Origin: Opitutus sp. GAS368
GTDB taxonomy: Bacteria; Verrucomicrobiota; Verrucomicrobiia; Opitutales; Opitutaceae
Assembly (NCBI GenBank): GCA_945903545.1
Contig: CAMDOO010000005.1
Span: 5,915-69,914 of the forward strand
Length of the DNA: 64,000 nt
Direction: 5' to 3'
The position numbers were made by a program, and so were the translations under genes. Shown piece by piece: positions 26,255 through 33,760 of the stretch. The notes below the pieces were generated by a model. It was given only the letters and a program-made list of their open reading frames with translations. It did no database searches and was not told the origin of the DNA. How positions within the stretch are numbered: position 1 is the first letter of the stretch; each line of letters begins with the position of its first letter.

Positions 26255-27313
26255 ATGAGAGCACAGACCGAAAACAGTCCCATGCCCACGGAGAACGCCG
26301 AAGCCGGAAACCTCCGCGCCTCGTTCGAGGCCCCGCCGTCTTTCCTCGAGAAGCCCGAGCCGGCCGCCCGCGAGGAACCGCTCCCGCTTGAGCGGAGCAG
26401 CCTGCAGATGTACCTGCAGGAGATCGGCAAGACCCCCCTCCTCACCATTCAGGAGGAAATCGTCCTCGCGAAGCGCATCCGCCGCGGCAACAAGGCCGCC
26501 CGCGACCACATGATCTCGGCCAACCTGCGCCTCGTGGTGAAGATCGCCATGGACTACAAGGACTTCGGCCTGCCGCTCCTCGACCTCATCAGTGAGGGCA
26601 ACATCGGCCTGATCAAGGCCGTGGAGCGCTTCGACCCGCGCAAGGGTGGCAAGCTATCCACCTACGCCGCCTGGTGGATCAAGCAGTCGATCAAGCGCGC
26701 CCTCGCCAACCAGTCCAAGACCATCCGCCTCCCCGTCCACCTCGTGGACAAGATTTCGAAGATGCGCCGCATGGCCATGGTGCTCACCGAGCAGCTCGGC
26801 CGCGAGCCGACGGACGAGGAGTTGGCCATCGAGCTCCAGATCCCGACCAGCAAGGTCGCCCATCTCAAGTCCGTCAGCGTCCGCCCGGCTTCCCTCGATG
26901 CCCCCGTCGGCGAGGACTCCGACTCCGGCACGTTCGGCGACCTCGTGGGTGACGAGAACGCCGTCGATCCCTACGAAAGCCTGAGCGAGCGCACCCGCTA
27001 CCAGGCGCTGAAGGACATGGTCGACTCGCTCGACGAGCGCGAAGCCGAGATCATCCGCCTGCGTTTCGGTCTCGAGGGCCGCGACGAACTCACCCTCGAG
27101 GAGGTCGGCCAGCGTTTCCATGTGACCCGCGAGCGCATCCGCCAGCTCGAATACCTTGCCATCTCCAAGATGCGCCGCGCCATGGCCAAGGAGGACACGC
27201 AGCGCACCCGTGAGCAGATCGACGACGACGAGCGCGCCCGCCAGCGCCTGCAGGTCATACGCGAGTTCGCCGAGTCCAAGTCCCGTAAGCCCGCCCGCGC
27301 CGTCCGGAACTAA
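26255..27313 (+). CDS. RNA polymerase sigma factor, RpoD/SigA family
   Basis: 352 aa. 'LQMYLQEIGKTPLLT', 'ANLRLVVKIAMDYKDFGLPLLDLISEGNIGLIKAVERFDPRKGGKLSTYAAWWIKQSI', region 3, and region 4 'TLEEVGQRFHVTRERIRQLE'. Confidence 0.9.
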   Translation: MRAQTENSPMPTENAEAGNLRASFEAPPSFLEKPEPAAREEPLPLERSSLQMYLQEIGKTPLLTIQEEIVLAKRIRRGNKAARDHMISANLRLVVKIAMDYKDFGLPLLDLISEGNIGLIKAVERFDPRKGGKLSTYAAWWIKQSIKRALANQSKTIRLPVHLVDKISKMRRMAMVLTEQLGREPTDEELAIELQIPTSKVAHLKSVSVRPASLDAPVGEDSDSGTFGDLVGDENAVDPYESLSERTRYQALKDMVDSLDEREAEIIRLRFGLEGRDELTLEEVGQRFHVTRERIRQLEYLAISKMRRAMAKEDTQRTREQIDDDERARQRLQVIREFAESKSRKPARAVRN

Positions 27314-27338
27314 GGTTGCCCTCAGCCGAGGGCAACCT
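27313..27338. terminator. 10-bp hairpin bridging the convergent ends of the sigma-factor and PNPOx-like genes
   Basis: AGGTTGCCCT-CAGCCG-AGGGCAACCT. No U-tract. The right arm encodes the PNPOx-like C-terminus. Confidence 0.35.
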
Positions 27339-27768
27339 CGTGGTACTCGAGCGCCCACTCCTTCATGAAGCGGACGCGGGTCGGCTTCACGCGGTAGACG
27401 ATCAGGGCCGGGTTATCGATGGTCCCGAGATATTGGCGCAGCAGCGGATTGGTGTCCCAGATCTGCTGCAGCATCGCGCGGTCCGTCAGCACCTCGGCCA
27501 CCCCCGTGATGCGCACCTGGTCGTGGCCCTCGTTCACGTAGACCAGTTCGCACTTCGGATTCGCGGCGAGCTCGACGGTCTTGTGGTAGAGCTTGAGGTT
27601 GGCGATGTAGATGACGAAGCCCTCGGTGCGAACTGGTGAGACGGGCCGGGCCCGGGCCTGGTCGCCATCCATCGAGGCTAGGATCGGGTACTTGGAGGTC
27701 TTGACGAGCTCGCGGGCCAGGACGGCCACCTGCGCGGGATCGATCGGGGCGGGGATCGGCTTTGACAT
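27322..27768 (-). CDS. pyridoxamine 5'-phosphate oxidase-fold (general stress protein 26-like) protein
   Basis: 148 aa. 'ILASMDGDQARARPVSPV..FVIYIANLKLYHKTVELAANPKCELVY..VRITGVAEVLTD' fits the split-barrel PNPOx-like pattern. Confidence 0.7.
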   Translation of the reverse strand: MSKPIPAPIDPAQVAVLARELVKTSKYPILASMDGDQARARPVSPVRTEGFVIYIANLKLYHKTVELAANPKCELVYVNEGHDQVRITGVAEVLTDRAMLQQIWDTNPLLRQYLGTIDNPALIVYRVKPTRVRFMKEWALEYHEVALG

Positions 27769-28006
27769 GGTGGTTTCAGCTAACGCCTCCCGGACGGCGA
27801 TGAAAAGGGCGGATTTGTCCGGCGGACCTTCAAGTCAAACGGGGTGGCAGTAGTGTCCTGAGGTGGCAGGGCGGCGACATTGTTCGCCGCCGGATGATCG
27901 CGCGGCAGCCGGTCCCACCTATTTCACCCCATGGTCCGCCCCGAGAGCCAGGAGCATACTCGCCAACCCGCGGCCTCTTCGCGCCTAGGGCAATTCCACC
28001 GACTTC

Positions 28007-28879
28007 ATGGCCGTTAAATTCCAGGACTAATACGAAACTCTGGGAATCACGCGCACCGCCACCCCCAAGGACATCAAGCAGGCGTTTCGAAAACTGGCCC
28101 GCCTGCACCAGCCCGATGCCGCGAAGGACAAGGTCGTGGGCGAGGCAAAATTCAAGGAGATCAATGAGGCCTATGAAGTGCTCGGCGATGCGGAGAAGCG
28201 GAAACGGTATGATGAACTTGGCGCCAACTGGCAGGGCGACGCCCGTGGCGCGCCCGCGCCCGCCAGCCGGCGCGGGCCAGGGGGCGGGCCGGATGTCGAG
28301 TTCGACGGCACGGGATTCAGCGACTTTTTCGAGTCATTCTTTGCCGGAGGCCGGGATGGTTTCGGATCGCGCCACGCCCGGGATGGGCGCGGGTTCGAAG
28401 ACGAGACGCCCTTCACCCATCCGGGGCAGGACGTCGAAGCCGATCTGCTCGTCACGCTGGAAGAGGCCCTGCGCGGTTCCCTGAGAAAAGTGACGCTGCG
28501 GCGGCCGGGCACAAACGGCGACGCGGAGCGACTGAACACCTACCAGGTGAAGATCCCCCCCGGGGTCCGCGAAGGAAAACGCATCCGGCTTGCCGGTCAC
28601 GGCGGGGCGGCGGCCGGCGACCTGTATCTGCGGGTACGCCTGGCCCGACACACGGATTTTACCGTGTACGAGTCCGATCTTCATTGTGACCTAGATCTGG
28701 CCCCTTGGGAGGCCGTACTGGGAGTGCAGGCGAAAATCCCTACCCTCGACGGACGCACGACCCTGCGGGTTCCGCCCGGCACGGCGTCGGGCAGTCAACT
28801 CCGTCTGCGCGGGCTGGGCGACCTCTGGAGCGAAGTGGAACGACTGAAGGCAGAGCTGAACTTCCTGCGCCGGAGATAG
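28007..28879 (+). pseudogene. class-B J-domain protein (CbpA/DnaJ-like) interrupted by an in-frame TAA at codon 8
   Basis: In frame: ATG 28007 MAVKFQD-TAA(28028..28030)-YETLGITRTATPKDIKQAFRKLARLHQPDAAKD..KFKEINEAYEVLGDAEKRKRYDELG. A G/F-rich stretch and the CTD follow (ORF 28136..28879). The stop replaces the conserved Tyr of 'DYYETLG'. HPD reads HQPD. No Zn finger. Confidence 0.55.
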
Positions 28880-28937
28880 GCCGCCCTTCCCATTTTCCCC
28901 CATGGCGGGTTGCGCCTGTGAGGTCCATTCTCCGGCC

Positions 28938-29096
28938 ATGAACCCACTCCTCCTGATCATCGTTCTCGTCCTGCTGTTCGGCGGCGGCGGCTTTTATATC
29001 GGCGGCCCGACCTATGGTGGCGGCGGTCTCGGCGTGATCCTGCTGATCTTGGCCATTGTCTACCTGCTCGGCTGTTTCAGGACGTCGAAGCGCTAG
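28938..29096 (+). CDS. small two-TM membrane protein (DUF3309-like)
   Basis: 52 aa from ATG 28938. 'MNPLLLIIVLVLLFGGGGFYIGGPTYGGGGLGVILLILAIVYLLG'. Confidence 0.5.
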   Translation: MNPLLLIIVLVLLFGGGGFYIGGPTYGGGGLGVILLILAIVYLLGCFRTSKR

Positions 29097-29234
29097 TCCG
29101 GAAATTTTTGCGGACCGGGTAGGCAGGAAAAACTTGGTCATAGGGTGTGGCCCAGCCATCGAGGAGAGCATGAATTTACGGAGCTGGCGCACCCCGCGGC
29201 TTGCCTCCGGGTGAGCTGCCGCGGAGAATGGGCC

Positions 29235-30503
29235 ATGCCGCAACCGGTCGCCATGGGATTCCCCGCTTGGGCGGAATTGTCCGCCAAGGACCCGGCGCAG
29301 GCGGCCCATGAGGTTCACGAGCGGGTGCGCCAGCTCCCGCCCGCCCAGCAGCAGGCCGTCGTCGCCTATCTCACGCCCGAGGCCGAACTGGCCGCGGCCC
29401 TCGCCCCGGCCGACCCCAAGGCCCCGCTGCGCGGCGTGCCGTACTTCCTCAAGGATCTGTTCGACCTTGCCGGGACAAAAACCCGCGCTGGCTCGCGCTG
29501 GCTCGCCGAAGTGCGTCCGCTGCCCGCCCATGACTCCGCCATCGTCCAAAGCCTGCGCCGCTGCGGCGCAGGCTGCGCGGGCAAGACCCACCTGCACGAG
29601 TTCGCGTTCGGACTCACCGGGGAAAACCCGCACTACGGCGACTGCACCCATCCGCGTTTCCCGGATCGCACCACGGGCGGCTCCAGCAGCGGCTCGGCCG
29701 CGGTCGTCGCGGCCGGCATCGTTCCGCTCGCGATCGGCACCGACACCGGCGGCTCCATCCGCGTGCCGGCAGCGTTCTGCGGCCTGTACGGGCTGCGGCT
29801 CACGCCCGGCATCGCGTGGATCCAGGACGCCTTTCCGCTCTCCCCCACGAGCGACACACCCGGCTGGTTCACCCGCACGGCGGAGGACATGCTCGCCGCC
29901 ACGGCGGCGCTCGTCGGACTCGGCGGCATGGAACGCGAGCCTCGCGGCGTTTATCTCGCCCCCGGCGAACTCGACCCGGAAGTCGGCGAAGCCTGCGCCG
30001 CCGCCGCCCGGCGCCTCTGCGAGCCCGCCGGCCCCGACACCACCATCGGTCTCACCCGCGCATTCGAACCCGCCGTCCGGACCCACGGTGTGCTGACCTC
30101 CCTTGAAGCCGCGCGCGCCCATGCTCCCTGGCTCGATGCCCGCCGCGCCGAATACGGCCCCGTGGTCTGGGAGCGCATTGACCAGGGCCGGCATTGGACC
30201 GACGAGAACCTGACCGAGGTGGCCCTCTGGCATGCCGGGCTCCGCCTCGCGTGGACCAGCTACTTCCTCGCGCACGACTTCCTGGTGCTGCCGGCCGTCC
30301 CTTTCCCCGCCCTGCTCCAAAACCAGCTGACGCTGGAAAACCGCCGGCGGATCCTGGCCCTCAACGCGCCCGCCAGCCTCGGTGGCCTCCCGGTCCTGAC
30401 CCTGCCCGTCCCCCTTTCCTCCGGTCTCACCGCCGGCCTCCAAGTCGTCGTGAATCACCCGCAGAGCCCCGTCATCCCCTGGGCCCTGCGCCGCTGGATG
30501 TAA
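29235..30503 (+). CDS. amidase-signature family amidase
   Basis: ORF 29145..30503(+), start set to ATG 29235. 'GVPYFLKDLFD', 'GKTHLHEFAFG', and 'GGSSSGSAAVVAAGIVPLAIGTDTGGSIRVPAAFCGLYGLR'. Confidence 0.85.
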   Translation: MPQPVAMGFPAWAELSAKDPAQAAHEVHERVRQLPPAQQQAVVAYLTPEAELAAALAPADPKAPLRGVPYFLKDLFDLAGTKTRAGSRWLAEVRPLPAHDSAIVQSLRRCGAGCAGKTHLHEFAFGLTGENPHYGDCTHPRFPDRTTGGSSSGSAAVVAAGIVPLAIGTDTGGSIRVPAAFCGLYGLRLTPGIAWIQDAFPLSPTSDTPGWFTRTAEDMLAATAALVGLGGMEREPRGVYLAPGELDPEVGEACAAAARRLCEPAGPDTTIGLTRAFEPAVRTHGVLTSLEAARAHAPWLDARRAEYGPVVWERIDQGRHWTDENLTEVALWHAGLRLAWTSYFLAHDFLVLPAVPFPALLQNQLTLENRRRILALNAPASLGGLPVLTLPVPLSSGLTAGLQVVVNHPQSPVIPWALRRWM

Positions 30504-30525
30504 GACCTTCGGATTTTTTATCCAA

Positions 30526-30710
30526 GGATTTCACGGATTTCGCGGATTCCAGCTCCGAACATTCGAACCGATTTGCACAGGAGGACCCGGAGGACAGGGA
30601 GATTTCTTTCCGGAATTCTCCCTGCCCTCCGTGCCCTCCTGTAGAAACTGCCGGGGCGATAGGGCTCTTATCCGTGAAATCCGTGGTTAAAAACTTCCGT
30701 GATTTCGCCT
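30526..30710. repeat. composite nested palindromic element (ATCCGTGAAATCCGTGG type outside, CAGGAGGAC..GTCCTCCTG type inside)
   Basis: Outer arms at 30526..30550 and 30670..30686. Inner arms at 30576..30602 and 30617..30642. Confidence 0.6.
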
Positions 30711-30757
30711 GTGTTTTATTCGGGAATTCTGGTTAGTTTCCGCCAACTCCCTCTGCC

Positions 30758-31594
30758 ATGAAAAAAATCCTTTCCCTGCTCGCGGCTGTCACCGTCCTCA
30801 CCCTCACCGCCTCCGCCCAGAATTTCGAGGGCACCATCACGTGGTCCTTCAAGGCCGTCCTGCCTGCCGACATGGCCCAGCAGATGCAGGGCGCCCAGGG
30901 CATGATGAACGATCCCGCCATGCTGGCGCAGATGCAGGCCGCGATGAGCAACCCGCAGATGAAAGCCATGATGGAGGGCAATCCCCAGATGAAGGCCATG
31001 ATGGACAACATGGCCAAGGGCCGCGGCGCCGCCGCGGCGGGCGGCAATCTGATGGACGGCATGCTGCCGAAATCCATTGCGGTGAAAATCAAGGGCACCA
31101 GCAGCCTCAGCATCATCGAGGGCGGCCTGACCGCCGGTGAGATCCTGACCCTGGCCGACAAGAATGTCGCCTACCTGATCGATCGCCCGTCCCGCACCTA
31201 CACCACCGTCACCCAGGACACCGCGGCCGTGGCCGCCCCGGCCGGCAAGTTCAAGATCACCCGTACCAGCGAGACCGCGACCATCCTCGGGTACTCCTGC
31301 AAAAAGACCCTGGTGCAGGACACATCCGGCCAAGGTGTCGCCGCCTCCTACACGATCTGGTCCACGACCGACATCGCTGGCGCCAACTCCAAGCAGTTCG
31401 CCCAGATGAAGCTCTCCGAGGGCGGCGACACGTCCTTCATGTCGTCGATCGACGGCGTGCCGATGCGCATGGAAATCGCCGCCGAGGGCATGAAGATCAC
31501 GATGGAGGCGAGCGCGGTGAAGAAAGAGTCGATCGCCGACAGCCTCCTCGCGCTTCCCGCCGGCTTCACCGAGCGGAAGCTGCCGGGACGCTGA
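30758..31594 (+). CDS. secreted DUF4412-like protein with a Met/Gln-rich tract
   Basis: 278 aa. Signal peptide 'MKKILSLLAAVTVLTLTASAQ'. Met-rich residues 39-86, then a beta-rich C-terminal part. Family assignment is tentative. Confidence 0.55.
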   Translation: MKKILSLLAAVTVLTLTASAQNFEGTITWSFKAVLPADMAQQMQGAQGMMNDPAMLAQMQAAMSNPQMKAMMEGNPQMKAMMDNMAKGRGAAAAGGNLMDGMLPKSIAVKIKGTSSLSIIEGGLTAGEILTLADKNVAYLIDRPSRTYTTVTQDTAAVAAPAGKFKITRTSETATILGYSCKKTLVQDTSGQGVAASYTIWSTTDIAGANSKQFAQMKLSEGGDTSFMSSIDGVPMRMEIAAEGMKITMEASAVKKESIADSLLALPAGFTERKLPGR

Positions 31595-31605
31595 AACGGC
31601 CACAA

Positions 31606-31672
31606 CCCGGGCAGGGTCTGCCCGGGCTACACCCGATCTCGATGATGTAGCACCGGCAGACCTCTGCCGGTG
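31606..31672. repeat. two-module REP (CCCGGGCAGGGTCTGCCCGGGCTACA + TGTAGCACCGGCAGACCTCTGCCGGTG)
   Basis: The same two hairpin modules recur, rearranged, at 38134..38208. Confidence 0.75.
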
Positions 31673-31734
31673 GATCGGTTTCTTACCGGAAAGGCCGCGC
31701 CCCGGCGCGGGTGCTCGCGACCTTGAGACGGGAC

Positions 31735-32469
31735 CTACGCCAGGCCCGCCGCCGCCGCGTCATCCAGCAGCCAGACCACGCGGGCCGCGCACGATTGCAG
31801 CATCCGCGCCGGCGCCGCCGCCGGCAGCTCGGTGCCCTGGAAAAGCCGGCGCACCGCCCCGGCTTTCCCGGCGCCCAGCACCATGACGACAATCAGGCCG
31901 CAGGCGCGCAGCCCGGACGGCGTGATCGTCAGGCGCAGTCCCTTGCCCGGGACATTCACAGCGGCAAAGAACCGGCCGTCCTCCGCCTCGAGCAACGGGC
32001 TGCCGGGAAAAAGCGACGCGATGTGCACGTCGTCCCCCAGGCCGAGCATGCAGACATCGTACGCGCGGCCGAAGCCCGCCACCCGGAACACCTCCTCGGT
32101 GTAGCGCGCGACCGCCGGGGCCGGTTCAAGCTCGACCGGCCAGGCCAGACGGTGCGCCGGAGGAACACCCAGCGGATCCAACAGCTGGCGCGCCGCATTG
32201 CCAAAGTTGCTCTCAGGGTTCGTCGCCGGCACGCCGCGCTCATCGCTGACCGTGAACCGCGCCGCCGCCGCCAGCCCCGGGGGGATCGCCTTTTGCTCCA
32301 CGCACCAACGGTACCAGGCCTGCGGCGTCGCCCCCCCGCTGAGCGCCCAGAGCAGGGACCGTCGCGCCTGCGGATCAAATCGTGCCGTTCCCAAGGCCGC
32401 CGCCGCGGCGAAGAGTTCCACCTGCGAGCCGACCTTCACGAGGCCCAAGGATGTTTTGATTTCAGTCAT
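31735..32469 (-). CDS. pgl: 6-phosphogluconolactonase
   Basis: 244 aa. 'LSGGATP', 'FTVSDERGVP', and 'VCMLGLGDDVHIASLFPGSP'. Last gene of the zwf-opcA-pgl string. Confidence 0.85.
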   Translation of the reverse strand: MTEIKTSLGLVKVGSQVELFAAAAALGTARFDPQARRSLLWALSGGATPQAWYRWCVEQKAIPPGLAAAARFTVSDERGVPATNPESNFGNAARQLLDPLGVPPAHRLAWPVELEPAPAVARYTEEVFRVAGFGRAYDVCMLGLGDDVHIASLFPGSPLLEAEDGRFFAAVNVPGKGLRLTITPSGLRACGLIVVMVLGAGKAGAVRRLFQGTELPAAAPARMLQSCAARVVWLLDDAAAAGLA

Positions 32470-32642
32470 GATCCGTGTCCCCGGCAGGGCTGGGTCGACG
32501 ACCCGGCCGCGATTGCCGGATCCCGTGGGTTCGTTGCGCCATAATACCCTCGGTGATAATCGATCGCGGCCGCCTCGTCGAGGCAGCCCTACCCTCGATG
32601 CGTGCCATCCGTGTCATCCGTGGTTTCAACCGCTTGCCTCCC

Positions 32643-33629
32643 TCAGAAAAACATTGCCTCGGAGAGTGCCGTGGTCGGCGGGAGCAGGCTGATCGAACTG
32701 GCGAGGTCGGTGCGGCCGGACCCGAAGTCGGCCGAGAAGCTGGCGTGGCCGGTTGCGAGCTCGGCCGTCCACCGGAAGTTTTTCGGACCGGCATACTTGA
32801 AGCGAAGGTCGAACGAGACCGTTCCACCCGGGGGCAGTGCCTCCAGCCGGCAATAGTCACCGGGCACACCGCACTGCCCAAGCCGGTCGCGCACCCAACC
32901 GAGCAGCACCCGGGCCTCGGCGGTCACCGCCGGATCGTGCGCCAGCACCACCTCCTTCAGCCCGTCGCCCAGGTCGATGACGGAATAGCGGCTGAGGAAC
33001 TGCCCGAGGGCCTGGCGCGCGGGCAGGAGCCGCGCGCAGGTGAGGTCGCGCACCGTCTCGGGCCGCGGCCACGGGTAGGTCAGCGCGTCCTCCGGCACCA
33101 CCGCGCTGTCCATCAGCAGGCGCTTCGCCCGCCCGAGGAGATAGTGGTATTCCGCCAGGCGCTGGGTCGAACGGAAGCGGTGCGCCCAGTAATACATCGG
33201 GAGATCCGCCGAGAGGCAGATCGAGGCCTGGTTCTCGAGGTGCTTCCACGCCGGGCGCGGATAACTCAGGATGACGAACTCGACGCAGCGCTTGTCCTGC
33301 TTGGTCTTCCCGAGGTGACACTCGCCATAGATCTTGGCGTGCAGCTCCGTCGGTCCGTCGTCTCCCTCGAGGGGACAGAGGATCACCACCCGGCACGGGT
33401 AGCGCTTCGAGAATTCCAGCACTGTCTGGAACTGCACGAGCGCATCCTCGGGCGTGGTGTGCAGGCCGAGATGCAGGACCACGTTGACCTGGATGGCCTT
33501 GGCATCATCGGCCTCGAGCGCCGCCCCGTCCTTCAGTCCGGTCCCCGCCGACCACATCTCATCGAGGCTCGAGGTGATGGAGCCCACCGGCACCTCGAGT
33601 CCGGGCAGGGTGTTGAAGATGGAAGGCAT
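32643..33629 (-). CDS. opcA: glucose-6-phosphate dehydrogenase assembly protein OpcA-like
   Basis: 328 aa. The call rests on its position between zwf and pgl, and on size and general similarity to OpcA. No sharp motif. Confidence 0.6.
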   Translation of the reverse strand: MPSIFNTLPGLEVPVGSITSSLDEMWSAGTGLKDGAALEADDAKAIQVNVVLHLGLHTTPEDALVQFQTVLEFSKRYPCRVVILCPLEGDDGPTELHAKIYGECHLGKTKQDKRCVEFVILSYPRPAWKHLENQASICLSADLPMYYWAHRFRSTQRLAEYHYLLGRAKRLLMDSAVVPEDALTYPWPRPETVRDLTCARLLPARQALGQFLSRYSVIDLGDGLKEVVLAHDPAVTAEARVLLGWVRDRLGQCGVPGDYCRLEALPPGGTVSFDLRFKYAGPKNFRWTAELATGHASFSADFGSGRTDLASSISLLPPTTALSEAMFF

Positions 33630-33637
33630 GGGAGGTT

Positions 33638-33745
33638 AAAGTGACGAGTGACGGGTGACCGGTGACGAGACTCCGGAAAACGTCACACCGGCTTGAAGGG
33701 TGAAATCGGTCATCTCGTCACTCGTCACATGGAACTCGTCACTTT
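33638..33745. repeat. gene-less heptad-periodic (RGTGACR)n long hairpin between zwf and opcA
   Basis: AAAGTGACGAGTGACGGGTGACCGGTGACGAG ... CTCGTCACTCGTCACATGGAACTCGTCACTTT. Confidence 0.8.
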
Positions 33746-33760
33746 CGCGCGCAGCGCGAA

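Noticed and set aside
28800-28879. Apparent C-terminal truncation of the CbpA-like protein.
   Set aside because: 'GLGDLWSEVERL' can be aligned to the usual 'G..GDLYVEV' strand with a short deletion. The protein then ends about where CbpA-type proteins end, so there is not enough evidence for truncation.
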